A stretch of DNA of 59,261 bases, the filler included, from Sphacelaria rigidula (lineage: Eukaryota): assembly GCA_964200075.2 (NCBI GenBank). It is 10 parts of 10 records of this genome, joined end to end, with 100 filler letters (N's around TTAATTAATTAA, not from the genome) between each part and the next. Parts side by side here need not be neighbours in the genome. Positions count along the whole stretch, not along the records: positions 47,491 to 53,326 come from CAXNAA020024086.1; positions 53,427 to 59,261 come from CAXNAA020024087.1; 8 more parts are not named here. One strand, given 5' to 3'. A program made the translations under genes and the position numbers. Every line of letters begins with the position of its first letter. The stretch's first letter is position 1. Of the stretch, positions 48,782 to 59,261 are shown piece after piece. The notes beneath the pieces were generated by a model. That model had not been told where the DNA came from. It made no database searches and saw only the letters and a program-made list of their open reading frames with translations.

Positions 48782-49040
48782 TGTTATTGTTGTCGTTGTT
48801 GTAATGGTAACGGTTCCCGTTATTGTTGTTGCTATTGTTGTTGTTATTGTTACTGTTACTGTTATTACTAATATCATTATGGTTATGATTATGACTATAA
48901 TTATAATTATGGGTATAGTTATGATTATGATCATGATTATAATTATTATTATGATTGTGATTGTGATAATGATGAGGATTGTGATTATGATTCTTACGGT
49001 TATCATGATCATTATAACGATCATGATTATTATGATTATT
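48782..49040. repeat. Degenerate (GTT/ATT/ATG)n microsatellite
   Basis: Trinucleotide low-complexity run. Confidence 0.95.
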
Positions 49041-50673
49041 TCAGCGTTGGCATCGATAGCCAACACAAACAACACAGAGAACGTTCAAGTTGGGGTTGGG
49101 TACTGAATTCACATGGGTGGGAAGAAAATAACCACGATACACGAATGTAAAAACATTGCGAAAAAACATAAGATGCGAGGGTCTAGTGTGGTCGTGCCAA
49201 GGGTCACTACACAATCGTGACATGCTGCGCTACGGAACTAGTATCATCGAAATAATGACGATCGCTTTGAATATTCTAACCTCCAAAGCATAGATGTGGG
49301 CCCTAGCCTTCAAGACATGCCTGAAAAATTGCCTTCACAACCTCGTGTGAAACCGGCGTTCCTAAGCTACTGCTTCGTGCCTATCTTGCCTACCTTTCGC
49401 CAGGCACGCTGACAAGTCATTTTCAGGCACTCACAAATAACGCCGTTAGTCTAGCACTCCCAAACTCAGGGGAAAGGGAATATATAGTGTAGGGTCCCGT
49501 ACGTCACAGCAGCCCAACCTTCGCCATCCACAATCCACAGCCCACGACCCATAGCCAACAGCTCTGGCAGTGGGGACTCTATGATGCCAATCGCCAAGTG
49601 GCACCATGTCTGGGCGAGAAGGACACACCCACCCACCAGCACCTGGCGATTCCATGCAAGGTGCGGCAAGATAGACTCGAGTCGCAGCAGGAGTACCTCA
49701 CTCGCAGCAGCACCACCAGCAATGGGTGCGCGCTAGCATCACGAGCAACAACAACAGATTCAGCAGAGCACCAGCAGTGGGAGCAGCACCAGCAGCTCAG
49801 GAGGAGACGCAGCCTGGCGAAACGTCTAGTGTTGTGCCAGGACAGGCAATATTACCGACTGGATTGCTGCATAGGACAGTGCCAAAGCTGCAGACGCGTT
49901 CATTGTCGCGCGTAGTCCCGATATCGGTGGGCAGGACCGCGCGCGAAGAAGGGTGCGCAAGGTCGGCAGTGCACAGGTTGCTTTGCCCTCGCCCCTCTCG
50001 GAACTTGAACTTCCGCTCAAACCGCGTGCCTCGAGGGGCAACGGTAAGAACAGTCCCAAGACAGCGTCGGTGAGAGCTCGCATAGCTCAGTTTTCCAGGG
50101 CAGCGATTTTGCGCGTCGGCCGGGGAGCTGTACTACAGCCCCCTGTGCAAAAGAGATCAGCATCTACGTTGAGACATGAATCTTGAGCTTGGATTGTTGC
50201 CGAAAAGGTGAAAACCTGGGACGACGAATTGCCACGAGGTCAGCCTGGCAGCGTGGAACAAGAAATTTGGTGAGGCACCTGGAAGACTGGCGCGCTTGGA
50301 TTCATGAGGGCGATCGAGATACGGGAAGTCCACGTTGAAGGAAGCTCAGCTGACGAGGGAGACAGTGGGTGCTGACGGCTTCACCACTTTAAAGATGACC
50401 CCACACTTAGTCCCGCAGTTGTTTGCCCCGAAAATGGAGGTGAATTTGCTCACGCATATCATACGATGAATATGTCACCAGGTGTACACCCGTGGTCCCG
50501 CGGTCGACCGTAGACAGAGTGGTGCTGTTTTGTGCATGTCACGTTGCCTTCATGGTTTCGAGTCGTATTTCACCTTCTACCTTGGATTGCTGTTTATACG
50601 TTGTTTGCGCGTAGCCTTCGATCAGTTTGCTTGCATGAAGCTGCTGAGCTACATCATCATTATTATATTTCAG

Positions 50674-50760
50674 TATTTCCGCACACTAGCTCCCATCTCT
50701 CGAACTCGTGGTCACACACGTAGGCTCGCATTTCCAGTACCGTCACTACTATTCCTGACA
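50674..50760 (-). mobile_element. Repeat family F (about 90-bp SINE-like), copy 1
   Basis: Reverse complement of the copies at 54155 and 58813. Confidence 0.8.
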
Positions 50761-51766
50761 TGAAATAGAAGCACTGCCTGAGTGGCTTCTCCTGAGATTA
50801 CATGTATATTACCCTGGTGCTATCGGTACCGTGCTGTGTGTAGCACTGCAGTTGCTGGTACAGTAGTACGTATCAGGTGTGCTAAAATCTTTTCTCCAGA
50901 TATACGTCGGGGTGAGTATACCGTTCATTCTTGTTGCGTATCATCAGTGCAACGCTGTATCCCTGACGTCACATACACCTTTCTGTACATCGCTCTCGTA
51001 GTGCAGCAGTGTGGCATACGTGCCCGTATTTACTTCACGCTATAGTCGACCGTAGACAGCACCACCAACTAGGCAGACACAAGGTAAATGTTTTATTTAC
51101 TAACAATGATGCCCTTATAAAATTTGGAATTCACTCTCAGGTGCTGGAATCGTGGTTGATTGTCGGGCTTCCAATTGCGCGTCCGGGTGACGTCCGGCCG
51201 TTGCTGATGGAGTTGAGCACGGATATGGTGGAGAGATCCAAGTTCAGGGAGTAGATCGGGTTCATCCAACAATACGAGGAGCGCAGACTGAAACTTGTCT
51301 CAGGGACGAGTAATTCAGCGTTGCCTTCCAGAGATCTCCCGTGTCCCATCCAGATTTCAGCGAAAAGGGGGTACAAGGAAAACAGGTCCGCGCGACATGC
51401 CCACGCATGCCGTAACCTGTTTAAAATTCAATCTTGACGCGCAGACATTACGCCCATATCCATGCAGAGCACGGACACCAACTGCTTCTCAGTTTCGGAC
51501 GCGTTCGGGGTGCTAATAGTGCTGCGGCCCTGGGTGGTGCCAACAAATAACTCCATTTGTCCACAATTTGGAGGGGTATACCCCCGCATCTTTACTAACT
51601 TCATATTATACCCCCCTTTTGTCCACCAACGTTCCCCCTTTGACAGAAAATATGCTCCCTCTTGACCACTTCGGGACGCCCCGCTAGTCGGTCGAAGCGT
51701 CACCTTGGAACAGCCCGACCACCAACCATGGAGTTCGCACTACATAAAACGCGATGGAAACGAATA

Positions 51767-52748
51767 GAAACGCGCTTCAAAACCAAATATCCAAAGAAGG
51801 GACAGCTGGCGTGTAAAGATGCGTTGAAACGCGTAGCATAACCAAAGATCCAACCAAAGCACAGCTTGCGGGTAAAGATGCGCTAAAACCCGTGGCACAA
51901 TAAATAATCAAAATATGGCGACAGCTTGTGTGTAGACATGGGACAGCTTGAGTGTGGGTGGTACAATTTGCTCTGCGTGGACACCAAGCGACCCGCGAGA
52001 AGGCAGCCGTAACAACTCCTCCGTTGCACCATGTCGAGGCAATCTGCTTTGCAGAACACCTCCTCAGGTGCAAGTGCTTCCGCGCCTGCATCGATCAGGG
52101 TGAAGCGCATTGTCAAAGGCGACACGTTCGTTACTACCGACGACCTACGAACAGTTTTTGAACGCCTCACGATTAAGGGCAGCAGTTGGAGGATAACGGA
52201 CATGAGGATGCTAGCAGGAATGGAATGCTATACCGCTCCACCGGAGCGATTGTCAACAACTGTTCTGAGGTCGTCAGAAGCAGCGAATGTGGGGGGCCTC
52301 AGGGAGAGGGAATCCTCTGTTATATCCCGGCGCCACTTCCCCGAATGCCAAAGAGGGTAAAGGAGAGGAACTAGACTAGGTGTACACTCCGCGTTTGTGA
52401 TCATGAGGCGATCAAAAACAACTGTTCGGAGGTTGTCGGTAGTTACGAATGTGTCGCCTTCGACAACGTGCTTCACCCTGATCAATGCAGGCGCGGAAAC
52501 ACTTGCACCAGAGGAGGTGTTCTGCAAAGCAGATTGCCTCGACATGGTGCAGCGGAGGAGTTGATACGGCTGTCTTCTTGCCGGCTGCTTGATAATAAAG
52601 CAGCAGGAAAATTGTGTTACCACTTAAGCTGTCCCATGTCTATACAAAAGCTGTGCCAAGATTGGATCCTGGGCTGTGCGGCGCGATTCAACGCATGTTT
52701 ACACGCAAGGTGTCCCATGTTTAGATATTTTGTTTTGCTGCGCGTTTC
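51767..52748. mobile_element. About 1-kb fold-back element with 350-400-bp inverted arms
   Basis: Arms 51767-52173 and 52400-52748, e.g. GCACCATGTCGAGGCAATCTGCTTTGCAGAACACCTCCTC versus GAGGAGGTGTTCTGCAAAGCAGATTGCCTCGACATGGTGC; 59-bp subrepeats in the outer arms. Confidence 0.93.
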
Positions 52749-53284
52749 AGTTTGTTGAGATTTGGGTTAACCCGAATGCAACCTGCGTGGTTGGTGCTCA
52801 GGCGATTGATTCAAAGGTGACGTTTCGATCAGCTTTTAGGCTTGAGTTGCGTATGCGCGTAATTTTCTTGAAACTAAGCTTCTAATTTGTTTTACCAGAT
52901 TTTTGTTATTTTCCAAGCCCCGCTTCAAGCTCTTTTAGCGCAAATTATGCGCGCTTTATGCGCCATATTCCCGTCCTTGTTGTGGCGTTGTGGCAATATC
53001 CCCTCACGAGGCGACCCTTCTAGCATGAGGACAAGACGACAAGTTGGGCATTCGAAGTTTTGATGAATATTTTCGATTGAAAGGTGAAGCTTTTCAGCAG
53101 TCATTAAGTTTGAAGGCCACAACCTGCACACCTACACCCTACGAGTAACCCACGTACGAAAACAACAAACGCCACTATACTCATGATACATGTTACAGGT
53201 GTAGGGCACTGTAGCCTCTGGACACAGGGCATTGCAGCCTTTGGCCCCTCACCCGGCAAGCTAAAAGCTACAAGCTTCCACCTC

Positions 53285-53321
<37 letters not shown>

Positions 53322-53326
53322 CAACC

Positions 53327-53426
53327 NNNNNNNNNNNNNNNNNNNNNNNNNNNNNNNNNNNNNNNNNNNNTTAATTAATTAANNNNNNNNNNNNNNNNNN
53401 NNNNNNNNNNNNNNNNNNNNNNNNNN
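53327..53426. other. Artificial contig linker
   Basis: Same 100-bp linker. Confidence 0.99.
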
Positions 53427-53573
53427 CCCTCTGGACAAATGACAACATATGGTCAATAGTTTCAATATATAACAGACAAAAAAATGTACTTTAGGTGAAG
53501 CATGCGCCTGTTGCAACAAATGGTCGGCCGACAATAGTTACAATAGGCCCATACTTTACGCAGTCCATTTTTG

Positions 53574-53993
53574 TAGAGCTCGGAAACGGTTTGCTTAACC
53601 ATTAACCACTTAAATTGTTACGCGTAGCATACTCATTATCCAATTAAACGGTACATACTGGTTAGGGCATTGAGCGGCGCAGCCGCAAGCGCAAAAGCCC
53701 CCCCCCGGTAGAGGGGAGCCCACCGGAGGCGCCCCCGGAGGGTCTCCCCGCTGGAGGCGCCGTGCCAGAGGCACGTTTCTACCCGATTTGGCTTCACCAG
53801 AGCTAAAAAATGCGTCAAATTTGGGGCAATTTTCAAGGGCTGTATGTAGCATAAGTAGCCAGTCACGGCTTATAAAGCCGGGAACAGTAAACAATGCTTT
53901 AGAACCATTATCATTTTTTTTCATATAACCATTACCATTATCACCAATAAAATGATGATGGCCAGTTGTAACTGGTACCATTTCCGAGCTCTA
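53574..53993. mobile_element. 420-bp hAT-like MITE
   Basis: TAGAGCTCGGAAACGG ... CCATTTCCGAGCTCTA; flanks ATTTTTG and ATTTTTT resemble a decayed TSD. Confidence 0.8.
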
Positions 53994-54154
53994 ATTTTTT
54001 ATCTTACATTGCAACTTGTGTTGAACTCGGGGAAGCTACTTCTCATGTTTTTCTTGGCGTCTCTCTTCTCATTTTCATTTTGGTAATATTTGAGTTGATC
54101 GCGTTTGTTCATGTAATTAGGCTGGAGTCTCCGAAAAATTATGGAGGACTCCAA

Positions 54155-54254
54155 GTCTTGTAAGTAATGGCAAGGACGGTATTGGAAAGACGACCCGACG
54201 TCTGTGACCACGGGTTCGAGAGATCGGACTAATGTGCGGGAATAATAAAAATAA
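54155..54254 (+). mobile_element. Repeat family F, copy 2
   Basis: GTCTTGTAAG...GGACGGTATTGGAAAG...TGTGACCACGGGTTCGAGAGATCGGACTAATGTGCGG plus an AATAATAAAAATAA tail. Confidence 0.85.
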
Positions 54255-54390
54255 CATTGCAACTGTTGACCATACACTGTCCAGGGTGTGAAAATAGGAC
54301 AGCGACAAAATAAAATATAAATATCGACATGAACGTATGAAGGGTGGTGATATGCACAAATTCCCTCCTGATTGAAATTTGACGACTCAC

Positions 54391-54561
54391 GTGCATCTAC
54401 CCCGTGGCAAAGGTGGGGAGTTCCGAGAAGCGAGAAGGCGATCATGCACTGGGGTATGAACACGATGAAGATGAAAAATGGCCAGGTCGTGGTGGCGTTG
54501 TTCACGATTTTCCGAGCGTCGGGGAAGTCGTCCAGCGACTCCCACGCGATGACTCCGATAG
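54391..54561 (-). CDS. Orphan exon of a probable membrane protein (57 codons)
   Basis: AAG acceptor, strong C|GTGAGT donor, phase 1-1, GC3-rich; IGVIAWESLDDFPDARKIVNNATTTWPFFIFIVFIPQCMIAFSLLGTPHLCHGVDA. Confidence 0.55.
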
Positions 54562-55472
54562 CTTGCCCGAATCGAATAAAAACCCTGGACATCCGTTCAA
54601 TCACGAGAGACAGTGTCAAGGGGTGTGGGAGTACGTACGTACTCGACGAAACTGTGCAAACTGTCATCGAAAATGAAGTAATAACTCTACGTTACCTTTT
54701 TTTTTTTTTGCTACGACTTTGTCTTCTATGTCGTTCTGTTCGACCCCTCCCTTTTTTATGCTTCTCCTTTTTCTCAGACCGTGTTTCTTCAGTTTCGTTT
54801 TCCTAGGGGACGTCTATCATTAGACCACGGCTGGACCCCTGGGTGGTCAGTTAAAGTGCGACAATCAATCAATCGAAATCAAAAGCTATCTGTCTTCCTC
54901 CTGTCCACGTCCCTCCGCCTACGAAAGAAGAAAAACAAAAAGATATGTAGAGATTCTTCACAACGTGCAATCAGCGCGATTTCTCATGGCGTCCGCATCG
55001 AACGGGCAAAAAGAAAAGTGATATTGTACAGCGTTTTAGCCAAAAAGAGAAAAATGCACCAACTGATGGAGTTCAGGCGTGGCGCGCGGAGCCTATATGT
55101 TGCAGACGCGACTCGTAAAAAAGAAAGACTGTCGACGACGTTCCTATCACCCCGTTATGGACGTACAACTTACAACGCATGATAAGAAACAGGAAACACA
55201 CACACACACTTCAACTATTGATACGCTTGATTATTGAAGATCTTTGTTCAAAACGCTGTCAGATAATGATACAAACAACAACCTGACTAACTTCGCCCAT
55301 GACTGTCGAGAGACGCTCCTGAGAACCCAGGTTACACTCACCCACTGATTCATTATTTAATTGGTTGATGGTCGCACATTAACTGACACCCGAGGGACAT
55401 ACTTCAGCGGTGGTCACAATATACAAGATAAGTCTTCCATTTAGGGACTGTGAACTGGCAGCTTTGGTCAGC

Positions 55473-55723
55473 CAACCGTTTTGGAACCGTTGATGGACGA
55501 GTGACGATTTAAAAACTCTCATATGCGAGCTTTCGTCACTGGGAAAAGGTCACTTCGAGTTCGGCACACGAATCTGTCACATTCGTGTACTTGAACTTAG
55601 AGTGGTGCACCGTTCTGTTGGGCTGCATCACCAACAGTTGCAGAAAAACAACGAAGATATCTTGCCCAAGAAAAAGTCAAGTGTAAATCGTCACTTTTCC
55701 ATCAACGGTTCCAAAAGGGGTAA
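55473..55723. mobile_element. About 250-bp MITE with about 35-bp TIRs, piggyBac-like ends
   Basis: TTTTGGAACCGTTGATGGACGAGTGACGATTTA ... TAAATCGTCACTTTTCCATCAACGGTTCCAAAAGGGGTAA. Confidence 0.85.
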
Positions 55724-55782
55724 GTTTGAACTGCTCACGCCAGCGGCCAGTGAATCGATGTTTTCCCAGTTAATCTGATTAA

Positions 55783-56078
55783 CTAGAAGAACAACGACGG
55801 CGAGCCGCGAGCCCCAACTTCCCCCCCCAGGCTGCTCCGTCTCGAGAGGGATGCGTGCTCAATGGTCAAACGACTAAGGCAAGCAATAAATGAGTACGCG
55901 CCCCGCCTTCCCCCCCCCCCCCCTAACCAGTTGCTCCATGTCGCAAGGGGTGCGAGGTCAATGGCCAAACGACTAAGGCAAGCAACAAGTGAGTACGACG
56001 CCCCCCAAATCCCCTGGCCGGTGAGGGCGCCCCGCGGAAGCGACCCCAAAGGCAAAAAGAAATGCGGCATTTGGCTCA
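55783..56078 (-). repeat. Dispersed repeat family A, longest copy (internal duplication; CTAG end on minus strand)
   Basis: Two internal copies of CAATGG.CAAACGACTAAGGCAAGCAA.AA.TGAGTACG; colinear with 1-243. Confidence 0.85.
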
Positions 56079-57805
56079 GTTGAGGAAACCGACGTGCATC
56101 ACCACCATTAAGGGAATATTGTAGGCATTCTATTGGTACCGGTCACGTGTTCCGCTTCATAATTGTTCGTCCGCCAATGGCTCAAACGTCGGATAACACC
56201 CCCGTTCTCGCCGAGACTGGTCAGGGAGAGGATTCGTCTACTTCATCCCCGGAAACGGTTATGGAGAGAGAAGGTGATTACAAGGGAATACTATGTGGTG
56301 GATGCGTTCTAACGATGCCCCCGCGTGTTCCGGTATCCGCTTGTTAAGGGGCATCGCTATTAAAAAACAGGTGAATAACCTCGCCATGTGTCCGGAGAGG
56401 GCGGGGGGGGGCCTACTCATTTCTTGCTTGCCTTCGTCGTTTGACCATTGGGGTAGAGCGGTTTCATCCTCGGGTAGAGAGAAATGGGAGGGCGAAGATA
56501 AATGCTTCATTTTTCACATGTTCCACCGATGTGTCCGTGTGTTTACATGCATCGCTCGTCGTGTGTAACAGGCCAAAACAGTGAAGACCACCTGGGCGAC
56601 AATTGATATCGGAGGGATGTCTACATCAAATCTCCGGAGTAGGAAAGATTGTTTATATATATATATATAATATTATTTCCATATTTCAAGATTCCTAAAA
56701 AACCCTTTCATGTCATCCAAACGCATCACCATTTGCACGGTATAGGCCAAAACGGTGAATACCACCCCTATCATTAGTGGAAAGCACCTCCCGGGGACGG
56801 CTGTTTTCTTGTCCCCTGCGCTACCATGCATCCCTCGCCCAAATCCAACTACACTAATTTCATTCACACATAATTCTGCTTCATCTGCCAGATTTTGGGC
56901 TCTCCCTGAGTTCTCCCTGAGTTCTCCATTGCATTCAACTAAAAACACTCAAAAACGTGGCCTGGAATATCGTGGAACTGTTCCTGTACTAAAACTGGTA
57001 TGAAATGTAGCCGGTAACGGCAAACTTCGAAAAATCTGAACAACTGGCGCCCTCGTCGCCAGTTTTCAGTTCAACTCCCGTTTCAGTTTGAACGACAGTA
57101 TTAACTGGTCTAGTTGACAGCCCTACTTCTATATGTTAAGTCCTTGTCCAGTTCTGGGGACACTGAGTGTACTCGGGCACATGCGTGTGTCACCATTATC
57201 GCTCCCTCGTCAATAACGAGCCAAACCATCGAATTAACCAAGCGGTGAAACCTGGAACGGTTGGTACATTTCTACTCTCATTGCTTTTGATGTACACAAG
57301 CAAGATATCTACCGTATGACTAATAATGGGACAACAGACTCGTTTTTTTTAATCGTGACATCCCTGCAGAAAATGAAAAACCCATTTTTTTCCAAGCCTG
57401 TGCCCGAAATTCCCATCTAATCCTATATGTTTCAGTCCTCTACTTCTTTGCCCTGCCATTCTTCTGGTCAAGGTTTCTTCAGCGAGGGTACTCGTGTATT
57501 TTTCTCGGGGGACGTCCATCTTGTCATTCTGGCTGGAATCATAGGGGATCAGTTGACGTGAGATACACTGAACCAATCAACAAATTAGTCAAACAAAATT
57601 GTTAAACATGACGGACCGGACCGGACCGGACCGGATATCGTACCTGAATGTCGAGTAGGTGACGTAAAACGTGGCGAACGCGTGCGCTATGGAGATGTCG
57701 AGCGAGAAGTTGAACGCATGCCTCGCAGCCAGCCCTGAAATATCTAGCGCGACACTTTTTTTTTGTGTGTGTTTCGCACACGTGATGTTTGATTCGTTTT
57801 TCGCA

Positions 57806-57900
57806 CGACGACGACAACGACGACGACGACGACGACAACAACAACAACAACAGCAGCAGCGGCGGCAGCAGCGGCAACGGCAACGACAACAACAACAGCA
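57806..57900. repeat. Compound (GAC)n(AAC)n(AGC/GGC)n microsatellite
   Basis: Trinucleotide runs. Confidence 0.95.
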
Positions 57901-58439
57901 TCATGTTTGGCGAGGAATGGCTTCAGTTTCACTTCACTGACATCAGGCAGAGAAACACAAGGAAAGACGTGTACTCGAAGTCATAGAGCATCAATCAGCA
58001 AAACCGACGACATGAACGGAACGCGGCTTGGCTTTCACGCTGGCCGTGGCTTCCGAGTTGGTCGCTCTGGGAACACAACTTTTCCGAGAACCCAACACGG
58101 ACGGTAGCAAGGTCGCTCTTCGTCACTAAAAATAATAACCGAGATCGAGGTAGGTAGGGACCAAGGATTTGCGACACGGAGAGTAAGTACACCTACAATA
58201 TTGTCGGGAAAAGGTACACATTCATTTGCCGTTCTTGGGACACTCTAGAGTACAACACAGTTACGAGCTGGGCCGGGCAACGGTTCCTATTCGCAGTTGG
58301 CAGGTGACGCGCTGCTTACTAGTACGAGACAGGCGCTGAAATATTTTGGCATGAGATTTTATCATCAACACGTGGAGCATATTCGAAGCAGCACAGAGAA
58401 AAAAAAAACAGAAAGCCAAAGCAACTTGAAATTTTCAAG

Positions 58440-58745
58440 GGTCTACACCTTACACGTGCCACAATGTTACACGTTACGGTCACGTTACGTCTTGGCCGAA
58501 ACGTAACGTGAATGTTAATTTCTCTTCACGTAATGAACGTAACGTGAACGTAACGTTATATTTTCAAATGAGCATTAAAATAGCGTTGAAGTTGAAACGA
58601 AACGTAACGTGAACGTTAAATTGCCCAAAAGTTCAAAATGCGTAATATGAAACGTTTCATGTAACGTGCAACGTCTGTTACACGTTATACGTGCATCAGA
58701 CGTTAAACGTTACATAAAACGTGTTCAACACGTTACATACGAGTA
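58440..58745. repeat. Array of ACGTTAC/GTAACGT motifs in both orientations
   Basis: Roughly 15-20 exact or near-exact copies in about 300 bp. Confidence 0.75.
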
Positions 58746-58812
58746 AAGCGGTGCACATTTCAAGTTGGCGATGAATTTTGAAATCCTACAAGACTTTTAG
58801 TTTTGGTAATAT

Positions 58813-58906
58813 GTCTTGTAAGGAATAGCAGGGACGGTATTGGAAAGGCGAGCCCATGTCTGTGACCACGGGTTCGCGAGATCGGACTAATGTGCGGAAA
58901 TAAAAA
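58813..58906 (+). mobile_element. Repeat family F, copy 3
   Basis: Colinear with 54155-54245. Confidence 0.85.
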
Positions 58907-58944
58907 GAAGGAGAAGGAGAAGTCAAAAGTAACTACTATACAAC

Positions 58945-59180
58945 GGTACAAGTACAGACCATGTATTTTGATAACAGTACGAGGTTACAAGTACAGGCTG
59001 CACTTTGCAAACACAGCACAAGTGCAAGCTGTACCTGTGACCTCGTACTGCTGTATTTCCGACTACAGGCTGTACTCTGCAAGCACAGTAGTGCAAGGTT
59101 TAAGTACAGGCTGTACTCGCAAACACAGTGTTACACTGCAAGGTTACAAGTACACGCTGTACTTGCGAACACAGTACAGT
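58945..59180. repeat. Degenerate minisatellite AAGTACAGGCTGTACT...GCAAACACAG
   Basis: About five copies of roughly 40-48 bp. Confidence 0.8.
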
Positions 59181-59196
59181 ACGAAGTGGCTGCTGT

Positions 59197-59261
59197 GTTG
59201 TCGTCCCATTTATTCTGGGCACCAGTCTACACCTTTCGGTATATGTGGGCGCACCAGCCAG
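59197..59261 (-). mobile_element. Repeat family E, partial copy at window end
   Basis: Matches 45010-45070. Confidence 0.75.

Larger units (their letters stand above)
55442..57125. mobile_element. hAT-like element with nested insertions
   Basis: Left TAGGGACTGTGAACTGG, right (reverse complement) TAGGGCTGTCAACTAG; 8-bp flanks CTTCCATT and CTTCTATA match at 6 of 8. Confidence 0.55.

Noticed and set aside
48719..49106. Very hydrophobic Ile/Val/Met ORFs as membrane proteins
   Set aside because: Translation of a trinucleotide microsatellite.
57602..57986. Poly-Q, poly-N/D and poly-L ORFs
   Set aside because: Microsatellite-derived, with no flanking coding signal or splice sites.

Overview
The window is not one locus. 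It is ten unrelated eukaryotic contigs of 5835-5837 bp, sorted by length and joined by an artificial 100-bp linker (44 N + TTAATTAATTAA + 44 N). Contigs: 1-5837, 5938-11774, 11875-17710, 17811-23646, 23747-29582, 29683-35518, 35619-41454, 41555-47390, 47491-53326, 53427-59261. Balanced GC, short GT-AG exons in long repeat-filled introns and the recognisable proteins suggest a brown alga (Phaeophyceae); this is inference. Well-supported genes: four exons of a flavin-containing monooxygenase (contig 2, minus strand), tRNA-Ala(AGC) (contig 5) and two exons of an adhesin-like repeat protein (contig 1). There are also a few orphan exons and one intronless 294-aa ORF ending in a Tudor/chromo-like segment. 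The rest is mostly transposable-element material: MITEs with terminal inverted repeats (TIRs), several dispersed repeat families shared between contigs, an LTR flanked by PPT, PBS and gag, a 1-kb fold-back element, decayed transposase-like ORFs, minisatellites and microsatellites. I found no CRISPR array, no convincing Fanzor/TnpB and no intact multi-gene novel system. The best leads are unusual mobile-element architectures. All protein-family calls for decayed ORFs come from motif recognition by eye and need profile searches.
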